DNA of 64,000 bases from a virus. Below are positions 46,466 through 56,846 of the stretch, in pieces. Each line of letters starts with the position of its first letter. Position 1 is the first letter of the stretch. The stretch is from positions 1 through 64,000 of IMG/VR virus record IMGVR_UViG_3300001336_000010. The stretch is one strand, 5' to 3'. The notes under the pieces are model-generated. The model did no database searches, had not been told where the DNA came from, and was given only the letters and a program-made list of their open reading frames with translations. A program made the translations under genes and the position numbers.

Positions 46466-46730
46466 TGTGTTATTCCTTTGTCTGTGGTGGTTCAAAATTT
46501 GAACCTGTTGCAATTTGGACACAGCTCCGCCACCCCCCTCGCGGGGCTGCGTGTGTGTCCGGTTTGGTTCGGAGGCTTGCTGGGGACGAACCCCGGCCCG
46601 AGAACCTGGCACCTGTATGAGCCTTTATAGGGGCAGCGTCATTCTGGGGGGACCACCGTGCCCTATTCAGTCCCCGGAAAATTTTGAGATTTCACTTTTA
46701 ACCAAAGTGAACCACCTCTATACTCCTGGT

Positions 46731-46913
46731 ATGAAATGTCCTCATTGCTCCAACGACTTGTCGCCGACCGCAAAGAGCTGCCCTCAATGTGGTCACGTAA
46801 TCGAGCCGTCACTCACGGACCAGATCCTTGCACCACCCGGCGTGGGTTTCGCGATCTTCTGGGGAATTTGCACGTTGCTATTTCTCTGGGTGCTTTTCTC
46901 GGCTGTGGGCTGA
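46731..46913 (+). CDS. Double zinc-ribbon + transmembrane protein
   Basis: MKCPHC...CPQCG plus C-terminal TM helix. Confidence 0.65.
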   Translation: MKCPHCSNDLSPTAKSCPQCGHVIEPSLTDQILAPPGVGFAIFWGICTLLFLWVLFSAVG

Positions 46914-47225
46914 AATGAAACTGACGCACCGCGAGAAATGGTTCGTGGACCAAAGTCTTCGAACCCGAACCTATTTGAACAGGCTCGGCATCAGCGCCAC
47001 GAGAGGCTTATCTCGTGGGGCTGGTGCAAAAGATGCCCCTTAGAAGGGGTTTCACTAACCCCACTGGTTTCGAGAACACTCGGCGCATAATTAAGGGGGT
47101 GTCCATTTCGGACACCCCTAGTCTTGTAAGCCCCATGGCATCCGATAGAGGATCCTAAGAAGGCGATCGTCTACGAACCCTGATCTGTTGGACTTTGATG
47201 GGTTCGTAGACATCCGCGTAGACGG

Positions 47226-49673
47226 TCACGACGTCTTCTCGTTCACAAGTGTGATCAAGTCGTAATACGTCTCTTGGCCTCCCATCGCGTTGGTCTCGAT
47301 CACCAGGTTGAACTTCATTTCGCTCTGCATTTCCCGCATTTGCTGACGGAAGGCCCTCAAACCAACAGGCTTCGCACCCCCCGGACCGAAGCAGAAACTC
47401 CAATACTCTTTGTACAGCTTGTTTTCCAAGGTGCGGCTCGAATGATTGGGACAGGAGTCCCGAACGATCCTGATCGCTGGGGACTCCTCCATAAAAAAAC
47501 GCACAGAGTTGTTCTCCTGTGCCACTTCCCGCAGGAGTTGTTTGTGAGACATAGGCAGGGTGTATTCGCTGTTGCGCACCAGACGCGCCAGGCCCAGGAC
47601 TGCCCAAGCGACGATCGACTCGCGTTCCTCCGACACGATGATGTTACCAAGGTCCACCCGGCGCTTGCTGGGGTCCACCGGCTTGTTGAACTCGAGGATC
47701 AGCCACCGTCGGTTGAAGCCCTCCGAGGTGTCGTCTGTCTTCGGCGTGTGATTGGATGCGAACCAGTGTGTGCAGTTGGGCCTGAACTTGAAGATCTGCT
47801 GGCCTTTCTGCTGGCCCGACATCTCTGCGCCATCGACGATATCCTTGAAGCGCTGGCCGTCGATCTTCTTCTTTTCCGACAGCTCCCCGCACACGTTGAT
47901 CAGCTTCTCATGCATCATCGTGGGCATGAACTTGTCGCCCCATTCGTTCGGAGGCACAAAACACTTGGCCTCCTCCGGCACCAGCGACTGAGCAATGGTC
48001 AGCATCTGAGATTTGCCGGATTTTGCCACCCCCTGGCACAGCACCACTCGCTGGTAGCGCGGGCCGAGCCCGAAAAGGGTCACGGACAGTGCCTCCTGGA
48101 GCGCATCGACCTTGTCATAGAAGTCTTCGTCATGGCCCCAGCTGTCATGCAGGAACTGAAAGAAGTGGGGGCTGTTACCGGCCTCCTCGGGCAGGTATCG
48201 AAACGGCAGCGTGTAGACCATCCCGAAGTCAGGGCTGTGGTCATGCAGGACCAGGTCTTCGTCCAGAAACCCGTTGGCGAAGTTTACGCCCCGCTTCTCG
48301 CTGGTCTTGATACCTGTGTCGGCCAGGTTCAGGATGGTCGCGTAGATGCCTTTGTGGTCGGAATGCTTCTTTCCGGCCTGCAAATGCCCATATTCCTGCG
48401 AAATTCGGGCCATAATGGTCTCTTGGGGCATTTCTTCCCAGTGTGAGCCCATATAACGCCACAAACCGGCGCCATAACGGCGAATTTCGTTCAACTGGGT
48501 CAGATCCTCCAACACGGCCTGGGCGATCTCGTTATGATCCGACCCAGTGATGCCATTGGACCTTAGTTCGCGGATCCGCTGCTTCAGCAGGGGGGCCCGG
48601 GCCCCGATTGCCCCCACATCGGCGATATACTGGACCAGTCGGCCTTCATCCAAGCTGCTGAGGTTGCTCGATCGGGCCACGCGCTCCAAAATCTGATCAA
48701 CCGCGGCCGCACGACCCCGGCTCTGCTCCGGGTGGCGTGTAAACTCGTCCTGGAGGAAGTCGATCATCTCGTCGTAGGACCACTCTTCGTCGTCCTTGCT
48801 GAAATTCAGGCCGAGTTCGCGCTTTTCCTCCTCGGTCATGTCCGCGTCCCAACCCTCGGGCAACGGCTTGCGCTTCTCGTGGACGTCACGATGGAGGAAG
48901 CGGATCAGGTTGTCGACGTGCTTCTCGACATCAACGCCGTCCCCGGCCACGGCTTCGACGAACTCGGTGTTGTAGGAGCGCAGCATACCCACGGCTTCCT
49001 TGACCGTGCGCTCCCCGCGCATCACAGCGTAGGCGAACAGGCCGGCCTTCTCGGTAAGCGAGATGTCACGCGCCCCGGAGGACACGAAATCGGTGACCCG
49101 GCTGGATCCGGAGATAGACAGCTGGACGCCACCCTCAGTCTGTAGGGCACCCCGAAGGATTTCCTCGATCTGAGGGTCCAGAACCGGCAGTTTGTCCAAG
49201 ACCGACAGCAGATCGCAGTTGGCCTTATAGGGCATGCCGGTCTTAGGGTGGATCGAGGGAGGCAACACCACCTGGGTCCGCTCCGACAGCAACTCGCAGA
49301 GGCTTTCACCCGAAGCGGTCTTGATCCGGAATGTCTTGTGACCGGTGTATTTGAAGGCCAGAACCATACCCTTCTGGCCGATCCGGACCCAGGGGGACGG
49401 GGGCAGAAGGTCTCGAATGAGCTGGATCAGCCCCTCGTTCTCGGTATCGATGTCGAGAACACAGATCCCCGACTGCTTGCCCAGAACGAGGCCTATGTTC
49501 CCGGTCGAGCAGGACTGAAGCCAGTCGGCTTGGACCTGTTCGGGGACCGGGGTGTCGTGATACTGGCTCCATTCCATGGGAACGGGGCGTTTTTCGCGGG
49601 AGTAGAGGGGGATGACTGACAGCCCCTGGGCGAAATACCTTGGGGCTGTATCGGCGAAAATATTGTCGCTCAT
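47226..49673 (-). CDS. Primase-polymerase fused to D5-like SF3 helicase
   Basis: N-terminal Prim-Pol (NIGLVLG..LDID, VLPPSIHP); GVAKSGKS Walker A, ASNH, RRWL. Confidence 0.92.
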   Translation of the reverse strand: MSDNIFADTAPRYFAQGLSVIPLYSREKRPVPMEWSQYHDTPVPEQVQADWLQSCSTGNIGLVLGKQSGICVLDIDTENEGLIQLIRDLLPPSPWVRIGQKGMVLAFKYTGHKTFRIKTASGESLCELLSERTQVVLPPSIHPKTGMPYKANCDLLSVLDKLPVLDPQIEEILRGALQTEGGVQLSISGSSRVTDFVSSGARDISLTEKAGLFAYAVMRGERTVKEAVGMLRSYNTEFVEAVAGDGVDVEKHVDNLIRFLHRDVHEKRKPLPEGWDADMTEEEKRELGLNFSKDDEEWSYDEMIDFLQDEFTRHPEQSRGRAAAVDQILERVARSSNLSSLDEGRLVQYIADVGAIGARAPLLKQRIRELRSNGITGSDHNEIAQAVLEDLTQLNEIRRYGAGLWRYMGSHWEEMPQETIMARISQEYGHLQAGKKHSDHKGIYATILNLADTGIKTSEKRGVNFANGFLDEDLVLHDHSPDFGMVYTLPFRYLPEEAGNSPHFFQFLHDSWGHDEDFYDKVDALQEALSVTLFGLGPRYQRVVLCQGVAKSGKSQMLTIAQSLVPEEAKCFVPPNEWGDKFMPTMMHEKLINVCGELSEKKKIDGQRFKDIVDGAEMSGQQKGQQIFKFRPNCTHWFASNHTPKTDDTSEGFNRRWLILEFNKPVDPSKRRVDLGNIIVSEERESIVAWAVLGLARLVRNSEYTLPMSHKQLLREVAQENNSVRFFMEESPAIRIVRDSCPNHSSRTLENKLYKEYWSFCFGPGGAKPVGLRAFRQQMREMQSEMKFNLVIETNAMGGQETYYDLITLVNEKTS

Positions 49674-50146
49674 GTCGAGGGTTCCAATGCTTCCTGAAGC
49701 CGTTCCATCACCTTCGTGCGCTGGGTAGCGTCCATCTCATCTTCCATGATCGAGAGCACGGTGTCGTGGAAGCGGCTGATTTGCTTGAGATTGGCCGTGC
49801 GTTCCTGAATGCCGACGATTTTGTCGAGCAGCGCGGTCGCGGTGCGGAAGTAGGCCATCGTTTCGGTGTTGTCCTTGGCATCCAGCTTCTTGCTGAAGTC
49901 CGTCAGCAGCTTGAACAGGTCATTGCTTTCCCGCTCCAACCTGGCCCATTTGCCGCCCTCGAGCGGCTCGTCTTCCTCGGACGCGGCCGCGGCGACTTGG
50001 GTCACCAGCTTGTCCAAGACCACCAGCTCGTCCCCCGAATAGGGGGCATCGAGGAGGTACTCGGGGTCGCTTTCTATGTTCTGCAGGATGATGTCGAGTG
50101 CAAACGCCGCACCCTCGGGTAGCGGGGGATAGTAGAAGTCGTTCAT
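49670..50146 (-). CDS. Hypothetical helical protein
   Basis: RBS GGAG; coupled to the primase gene, divergent from terminase. Confidence 0.65.
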   Translation of the reverse strand: MNDFYYPPLPEGAAFALDIILQNIESDPEYLLDAPYSGDELVVLDKLVTQVAAAASEEDEPLEGGKWARLERESNDLFKLLTDFSKKLDAKDNTETMAYFRTATALLDKIVGIQERTANLKQISRFHDTVLSIMEDEMDATQRTKVMERLQEALEPST

Positions 50147-50281
50147 GTAGCTCTCCAGTTTGGCAAAACCGTTATACAGTCAAAAACTGAAACATAAAGT
50201 TTTGCTTTTCGTTCATTTCGGGAAATTGAAGTCGTCTTGCAGTTAGAATGAAGATGAGCTAGAGGTATATCAAGTCTACGT

Positions 50282-52039
50282 TTGAGGATTTTCGTGCAAA
50301 ACCCGTACCTCCTGGAGCTGATCCGTCGGGCGCAAGCCCGATACAACATCGAGACCGTCGATATGGCTCTGGGGGAATGGATCTGTCAGAACACGCACCT
50401 GCGTGGCCGACCCTTCAATTTCGACAGATATCCCTTCCAGCGGCAGATCACGGACGACCTCCACCCCAACATGGATGTGATCAAGCCGTCGCAGGTGGGC
50501 CTGAGCGAAGTGCAGATCCGTAAGTCTCTGGCGTTCATCGCCCGGAACCGCGGCACCACCCTGATCTTCACCATGCCGAACGAGAAGATGTTCAAGCGCA
50601 TGTCGACCACCAGGATCAAACCACTGGTGGAAGAGGAGAAAGCCTTCAACCTAGAGACGCGGACAGGCGAGAAGCCGGCGCGATCCATGGGTCTGTTCCA
50701 GGTCGGAAGCAGTTTCATGTTCGTGACCGGTGCGACCGAGGGGGATGCCACCTCGATCTCGGCCGATGTGGTTATGAACGACGAGATTGACTTGACTGAC
50801 CAGCAGATGCTGACGTTGTTCAACTCTCGCCTGCAGAACTCTGACTGGAAGATCAATCAGCGCTTCTCGACCCCGACTTTCTCCAACTTTGGAGTGGACA
50901 AGGGCTACTCGGTGTCGGACCAGCGCGAGTATCTGTGCAAATGCACGGCCTGTAACCACTGGCAGGCCCCGCTGTTCCGGCCGCAATTCATCCATGTTCC
51001 AGGGTTGTCGAGCGACGTTGGAGATCTGCTGGAGATCGACGAGCAGATGATCGACGAGGGCAAGGTCGACATTCAGGGCAGCTACGTCAAATGTGAGAAG
51101 TGCCATTCGCCCCTGGACCTCGGGAACTCCGAGAACCGGGAGTGGGTGGCCCGTTTCGCCTCCCGGACGCATCACCGTGGCTACCGCGTGTCGCCATTCT
51201 CGACCGATCGACTGCCTCCGGAATACATCCTGACCCAGATGATGAAGTACAAGTCCCGCGACTACATGCGGGGCTGGTATAACACCGTGCTGGGGGAGGC
51301 CCACACTGATGGCAACTCGCGCCTGTCGGACGCCGACATCCAGGCGTGTTTCACCTCACAGATGAGCATCCCTAAGGTCGATATCGTCAAGCCAACATGG
51401 GTTGGCATCGATATGGGGGCGGTCTGCCATGTGATCGTGGCCCAGGGCGACAGCGTCGAGAGCCTGGACCTGATCCGTTTCAGCGAAGTGCCAGTCAAGG
51501 AGCTGAATGACCATGTCAAGGACATCCTGGCCACATACAACGTGATTGGAGGGGCCGTCGACAGGCACCCCTACACTCCGAATGCCGACGATCTTTTCGA
51601 GATTTCCCAAGGCAAGATCCTGCCTGTGGAATACCGGGGCCAGAAGAGCGTCAACCTGGTCGAGGACCAGGTGACGGAAGAGGTGATCTACGCCCAGGCC
51701 CACCGGACGACGGCCATTGACGCGGTCGCGGCCGCGGTGCGCCGGAAGCGGTGGCGCTTCTCAGGATATGGTAACCAGAAGTCGATCATCACGGATCATC
51801 TCAAGGACATGGTGCGGGACGAGAACCCGGAGAAGGAAGCGACCTGGGTCAAGCTGAGCAACAACGACCACTATTTCCACGCCATGGTGTTCCTGGGCCT
51901 GGGTCTGAAGCTGAAAGAGACCCAACGAGGCCTAACCGAGAACCCTCGGACCAGTGCCATCGTCTCGAGCGCGAACATGACCCACGCGCACAACAACCTC
52001 CTGCATAAGCCCAAACGACCCGGCGCCGGATTGCTCTAA
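50282..52039 (+). CDS. terL: Terminase large subunit (GpA-like)
   Basis: KPSQVGLSE, MNDEID, FSTPT, CxxC pairs, YNTVLGE, GIDMG, DHYFHA; exact start uncertain. Confidence 0.9.
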   Translation: MRIFVQNPYLLELIRRAQARYNIETVDMALGEWICQNTHLRGRPFNFDRYPFQRQITDDLHPNMDVIKPSQVGLSEVQIRKSLAFIARNRGTTLIFTMPNEKMFKRMSTTRIKPLVEEEKAFNLETRTGEKPARSMGLFQVGSSFMFVTGATEGDATSISADVVMNDEIDLTDQQMLTLFNSRLQNSDWKINQRFSTPTFSNFGVDKGYSVSDQREYLCKCTACNHWQAPLFRPQFIHVPGLSSDVGDLLEIDEQMIDEGKVDIQGSYVKCEKCHSPLDLGNSENREWVARFASRTHHRGYRVSPFSTDRLPPEYILTQMMKYKSRDYMRGWYNTVLGEAHTDGNSRLSDADIQACFTSQMSIPKVDIVKPTWVGIDMGAVCHVIVAQGDSVESLDLIRFSEVPVKELNDHVKDILATYNVIGGAVDRHPYTPNADDLFEISQGKILPVEYRGQKSVNLVEDQVTEEVIYAQAHRTTAIDAVAAAVRRKRWRFSGYGNQKSIITDHLKDMVRDENPEKEATWVKLSNNDHYFHAMVFLGLGLKLKETQRGLTENPRTSAIVSSANMTHAHNNLLHKPKRPGAGLL

Positions 52040-52117
52040 GGCAGATTTTCAAGATGCCCTCTAGTAGGCTGAAGTCCTTATCTGGTATATGTCAAGTCAA
52101 ACCGGATAGGATTTCTA

Positions 52118-53599
52118 ATGGCTGGCGCTCTCGACAGTATTCTCAAAGTCGTATTCCCACGGCGAATGAAGCCCAAGGGCACTGCTCAAACGAACACCTA
52201 TTCGGCTGACCGAACAGACCAAGTCCTGTCGGCCCCCGACTACCGAGACCACCTCAAGGATCTGTTCAACACTCGGCAGAGCGAGAGCAGCCAAAGCCTC
52301 CTCAAAGAGCTGTTTGTCCACGACCCGGATGTTTCAGCGGCGGTCAACGCTTTTCTGACCGTGGCGGATACCGAGCCGGTATTCACTGTGCGGGATCCAG
52401 ACGGCAAGTTCGATCGCGAGGGCCAGAAGGCTCTGAACACGATCATCGCCACATTGACCACCCGCTACGATTACTCGAAGGGCTTCATGATGAAGCCGTC
52501 GATCCGCGCCTTGTGCGAGGACATGCGGTATATGCTGCTGCTGCGCGGGGGCATTGGCGAGGAACTGGTCTTCGACAAGTCCCAGATGCCTGTCGAGGTG
52601 CGCCACGTTGACATGCAGAGCGTGGAGTGGTTCGAGAAAGAGCCCAACATGTTCGTGCCGCAGCAGCGGGCACCAGCCTCCAACGAGGAGATCAGCCTGG
52701 ACGTGCCGACCTTCTTCGTGAAGTTCTTCCGCCGCGACCCGACCTCGATCTATACCTTCTCTCCCTTCGTCAGCTCGATCAACACCGTCGCCGCCCGCCA
52801 ACAGGTCATCAATGACCTGTATCGGATCATGCAGACCACGGGTTTCCCCCGGATCGAGGCCAGCGTGATGGAAGAGGTGCTTCTGAAAAACGCACCGGCC
52901 GAGATCCAGGCAAACGGCAAGAAGCAGCGTGAATACGTCGAGCAGGAGATCGCCCGCGTTCAGACCTTCCTGTCCAACGTCCGCGCCGACCAGGCCCTGG
53001 TCCACACAGACGCGGTCGAGATGTCGATGTTCAATGACAAGAACCCGAGCAATGGTCTGGACATCACCAGCATCATCGGGGCTTTGAACGCCATGAACCA
53101 GGCCGGCCTGCGCTCCATGGCCACCATCCTGGGACGCGGCGAAAGCGGGGTCAACACGGCCTCCGTCGAGGCGCGGATCTTCTCCATGCATGCTGAGGCA
53201 CTGAACAAGCCGATCGCCGATCTTCTGTCCCAGATGCTGACCATGGCGCTTCGCGTCGTGGCCCAGTCCGAGAGCCGGGTCGAGTGCCGCTTCCGTCCGG
53301 TCGAGCTGCGGCCGCAGACCGAGCTTGAGCCGCAGCTGACCATGCGGGCCGCGCGTCTCAAGGAGGATCTGTCCCTCGGGGTTATCTCGGACGACGAGTA
53401 TCACCTGGAGATGTACAACCGGATCCGCCCGGACGACGCCCCGGAGCTCTCTGGCACAGGCTTCATGCAATCGCAAAACATCGGCGTGGACGAGAACAAC
53501 GTCACCCCGAACGCCGACCCGATGGGACGGTCTTTGACCCCCAAAGGTAGCGCGTCGGCGAAGGGCAGCGACGTCACCAAGAAGCCAGCTCCGAAGTAA
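52118..53599 (+). CDS. Portal protein
   Basis: 493 aa directly after terL; position and size. Confidence 0.75.
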   Translation: MAGALDSILKVVFPRRMKPKGTAQTNTYSADRTDQVLSAPDYRDHLKDLFNTRQSESSQSLLKELFVHDPDVSAAVNAFLTVADTEPVFTVRDPDGKFDREGQKALNTIIATLTTRYDYSKGFMMKPSIRALCEDMRYMLLLRGGIGEELVFDKSQMPVEVRHVDMQSVEWFEKEPNMFVPQQRAPASNEEISLDVPTFFVKFFRRDPTSIYTFSPFVSSINTVAARQQVINDLYRIMQTTGFPRIEASVMEEVLLKNAPAEIQANGKKQREYVEQEIARVQTFLSNVRADQALVHTDAVEMSMFNDKNPSNGLDITSIIGALNAMNQAGLRSMATILGRGESGVNTASVEARIFSMHAEALNKPIADLLSQMLTMALRVVAQSESRVECRFRPVELRPQTELEPQLTMRAARLKEDLSLGVISDDEYHLEMYNRIRPDDAPELSGTGFMQSQNIGVDENNVTPNADPMGRSLTPKGSASAKGSDVTKKPAPK

Positions 53600-53615
53600 C
53601 AGGTAGGAATCATCC

Positions 53616-54491
53616 ATGACGCTTTCCACAACCATTGTTACAGGGGTGCTCTATAACCCCGCAGGCGCGGTTCTTGCCAATAAGCGGATCGAAATCAGGC
53701 CCCTTTCAGGCGGCATCTCGAGTGTTGCGGGTGGCGCCCGTATCCCCCTCCAAATGGTTGGGTCAACCGACGAGAATGGGGCAATCGGCCTCCAGTCAGA
53801 GAATGGGTTTACTGTTGGAGTTCCCCTTTCCATGGGGAAATACCACCTCAACGTGGACCGTATGACCCAAGTTCTCACGATCGACGCCGCCATGGTGGCA
53901 AGTGGGGCTGTGAACCTTCAAGACACACTGGTGGGGGAGACTGAGGTTGTCCCCCGAGACCGGGGGTTGCCCCCAGGGGGCGTTTTTGGGCAGGTTCTGG
54001 CCAAGACGTCTTCGCTTGAATATGCAGTTTCATGGGTAACCCCCACGAACGCAGAAACGGAAGATGGGGCAACCCTGGTCACCTGGGAAAGCGTTACGGA
54101 CAAACCGGCCACCTTCCCACCGACGAGCCACCAGCATCAGATCTCAGACATCTCCGGTCTCCAGGAGGCCATTTCGGCCGAGATCCTGTGGGGGGATATT
54201 AGTCAGAAACCAGAACTCTACTCCAGGGCCCAAGTCGATACCCTGGTGCAGAATTTCGAGACGTCTTCCCAGATTGACCAACGAGATTTGGCAAACCGGG
54301 ATCGGGGCAACCACGAGGGGACACAAGCGGCCGAGACTATTTCTGATTTCAATGCAGCTGTGGATGCCCGACTGCAAAGCAGCGACAAGGTCTCCAGCAG
54401 CAGCGTCACGAACATCGTTTCGCTGACCCAGACTGAATATGACGCTCTCGAGACCATAAGCCCCACCACGCTCTATGTGATTGTCGAATGA
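53616..54491 (+). CDS. Fibre-like virion protein
   Basis: GQVLAKTS, WESVTDKPATFPPTSHQHQISDISGL, NHEGTQ, LTQTEYDAL...TLYVI are fibre-type motifs. Confidence 0.65.
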   Translation: MTLSTTIVTGVLYNPAGAVLANKRIEIRPLSGGISSVAGGARIPLQMVGSTDENGAIGLQSENGFTVGVPLSMGKYHLNVDRMTQVLTIDAAMVASGAVNLQDTLVGETEVVPRDRGLPPGGVFGQVLAKTSSLEYAVSWVTPTNAETEDGATLVTWESVTDKPATFPPTSHQHQISDISGLQEAISAEILWGDISQKPELYSRAQVDTLVQNFETSSQIDQRDLANRDRGNHEGTQAAETISDFNAAVDARLQSSDKVSSSSVTNIVSLTQTEYDALETISPTTLYVIVE

Positions 54492-55288
54492 GACTGGATA
54501 AGCTTTTTCTGGGGCAACTGCCCGCCAGCCAGGCTTATCTTGGGGGTAGCCTGATCTCCACGGGACAGGTGCTTCCGCCCACTGATGAAGGGGGAGGTGA
54601 TAGTGAAAACCAGATTTTCCCGACGTCTTTCTATGGGGTGGGCCCTGGACAGATACCGACACATTGGGATTTTCGGGCCGCGGCTGCAACGCAGAGCCTC
54701 GCGGACTCGGCTCCCTACGGCCCAACCCCCAACCTGGGTGGGGCGGGATCGATGTTCAATCTAACCCCAGGGCCGGATCCTGTGCTTTACGACAGTACCT
54801 TTGACGCCAGCCAGAACAACGGCACTACCAGCCGGATGGAGATAGACAACCGGGTAGATCTCGTGGGGGTACACACCATGTTCACTGGCTACCTGACCAA
54901 GGATGCTGCAACCACCCTTGGTTTCAACAAGAGCTTTAAGACTGAGATACGTTTCATTCCTGGCAATAATCGCGTGAACATCACCTCGTCTGAGGGTACA
55001 CGGTCGTTTTTTGGGCCCGTGCCAGACAACCAGTGGTTTGTGGGAGAGCTTATATGTGATGGCAGTACGCTCGATGTCCGCATCAATGGGCAGAGCCTCG
55101 GCCAGCAACCCCTAGCTTTGTCCCCGGGGGATTTGGCTGTCGACGTGCTGTTCAACCGGGCGTCCCACACAGTTCCATTCAATGGCTACTGCACCGACGC
55201 ATTGGGGATCATCCTCGGGGGAGATCCTGAAGTCTACACCACTGCGCGCCAGTACCTGGCCGACAAAGTAGGGATTACTCTCCCATGA
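54488..55288 (+). CDS. Beta-rich (LamG/ConA-like) protein
   Basis: LFLGQ..AYLG N-terminus; QWF...DGSTLDVRING; C-terminal YLADKVGI. Confidence 0.5.
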   Translation: MRLDKLFLGQLPASQAYLGGSLISTGQVLPPTDEGGGDSENQIFPTSFYGVGPGQIPTHWDFRAAAATQSLADSAPYGPTPNLGGAGSMFNLTPGPDPVLYDSTFDASQNNGTTSRMEIDNRVDLVGVHTMFTGYLTKDAATTLGFNKSFKTEIRFIPGNNRVNITSSEGTRSFFGPVPDNQWFVGELICDGSTLDVRINGQSLGQQPLALSPGDLAVDVLFNRASHTVPFNGYCTDALGIILGGDPEVYTTARQYLADKVGITLP

Positions 55289-55635
55289 TAAAAAGGCTCT
55301 GGGATATTTTCAAAGTTCCAGGGGGGAACACGACGCCGCACCACCGGGGGGCGACTTTCTTCTGGCACTGGGGGCTGGGCATTCTGCCAGGAGCTTTGCT
55401 GGGAACCTGGGGGTGGGAACCTGGGCTGGCCACAGCCCTAACTGTGGGGGTGGTCTACTGGGGGCTCAAGGAGCGCCAGGACATCGCGTCTGGAGGGTCT
55501 CGTCGTGACAGTTTCGAGGACTCCCTTGCTGTGGCTTTGGGGGGAACAGCAGGGGCCATGGTGCCTGAAGTGTTCGTCCCAGTCCTTCTAGGACATCTGG
55601 GGGCGTTGATTGTCACAGCGGCAAATCCGCGCTGA
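55285..55635 (+). CDS. Membrane protein
   Basis: Several Gly-rich hydrophobic segments; KERQD...DSFED. Confidence 0.55.
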   Translation: MIKRLWDIFKVPGGNTTPHHRGATFFWHWGLGILPGALLGTWGWEPGLATALTVGVVYWGLKERQDIASGGSRRDSFEDSLAVALGGTAGAMVPEVFVPVLLGHLGALIVTAANPR

Positions 55636-55722
55636 AGATTTTCAAATAACTACTTGGCTTGACTTGGAGGTATCGGTTATCTTGCCAGTCAAATAACCAC
55701 CTAACGGATGTGAACCAGGTAG

Positions 55723-56835
55723 ATGCTGCGTCAAAAGCAAGTCGAAATCACGGACGAGATTGTTGCCCAGATCGAGCAGGTTACCAAAACCTCGATCGAT
55801 CGGAACAACATCATCGTCTTCGAAGCCGCCGCGCTTTCGACCGAGCCACTCCACAAGCGCGGCTCGATCTACCATGAAGCGCGCGCGGTGCGTAGCACCC
55901 TCGAGGACATGGTTCAGCGGCTCAACTCCGGTGAGGAGAGCGTCCCTCTCCACACAATGCATATGCAGAGCAACGAGCTGCCCAAGGGGCGTGTGTTCCA
56001 GGCCCGTATTTCGGACGAGCCCAACGGCTCCAGTGTTCTGCGGGCGATGTTCTATCTGCCGCTCTCAGAGCGGGAGCTGATCGAGAAGATCAATCTGTCG
56101 ATCCTGGACGAAGTCTCGGTTGGCCTGAAGTCAAAGCAGGCGCTCTGCTCCAAATGTGGGTTCGATTTCTTCGGCCCGGAAGCCGACTTCATGAACCTCA
56201 TGACGCAGACTTGCGACAATGATCACATCATCGGCGAAGATGGCATGCACCTGAAGCTGGTCGGTATCGATCGGTGGATGGAACTGTCGCTGGTTTCGCG
56301 CGGTGCGTCGGACAAGCCCAAGATCCTGAGCCGCGTAAAGAACCTGGTCTCCAAGGTCGAACAGGACCGGATGGCCGCGGATGGCAAGCCTCTCGAGGCG
56401 CTTTGCCTCTTCACCTCAACAGCAATGGAGACTCCCCAAATGGCGGACAAGACTGAGACCAAGGACTTCGATGCAAAAGCTGCGATCGAAGCTCTGGAGG
56501 CCAAGATCACGGAACTGACCGAGAACCTGGCCAGCAAGGACAAAGAACCGGATGCAGAACTTCAGGCCCAGCTGGACGCGGCCAACGCCCGCGTGGCCGA
56601 GCTGGAAGCTGCCGCTGATCCCGAGCCCGATCTGCAGGCACAGCTGGACGCGGCCAACGCCCGCATCGCTGAGCTGGAAGCTGAGCCCGAGCCCGAGCCC
56701 GAGCCCGAACCCAAAACCAACGCTGCACCGGATGTCCCGGTTGGCGGGGTGGCTGCCTCCGCAGTCTCTGACGCGAAGAAGGACGATCATCTGCATCTTC
56801 GTGCTTCCGCGTTCAAAACCAACCGTCGCGCATAA
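55723..56835 (+). CDS. Prohead protease / scaffold
   Basis: EVSVG and ELSLV motifs; C-terminal coiled coil with duplicated LQAQLDAANAR(V/I)AELEA. Confidence 0.75.
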   Translation: MLRQKQVEITDEIVAQIEQVTKTSIDRNNIIVFEAAALSTEPLHKRGSIYHEARAVRSTLEDMVQRLNSGEESVPLHTMHMQSNELPKGRVFQARISDEPNGSSVLRAMFYLPLSERELIEKINLSILDEVSVGLKSKQALCSKCGFDFFGPEADFMNLMTQTCDNDHIIGEDGMHLKLVGIDRWMELSLVSRGASDKPKILSRVKNLVSKVEQDRMAADGKPLEALCLFTSTAMETPQMADKTETKDFDAKAAIEALEAKITELTENLASKDKEPDAELQAQLDAANARVAELEAAADPEPDLQAQLDAANARIAELEAEPEPEPEPEPKTNAAPDVPVGGVAASAVSDAKKDDHLHLRASAFKTNRRA

Positions 56836-56846
56836 GGAGAATAGAT

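Noticed and set aside
47140-47153. ATCC-GATAGA-GGAT hairpin on the + strand
   Set aside because: No start codon 3 nt downstream, so it was not counted among the SD hairpins
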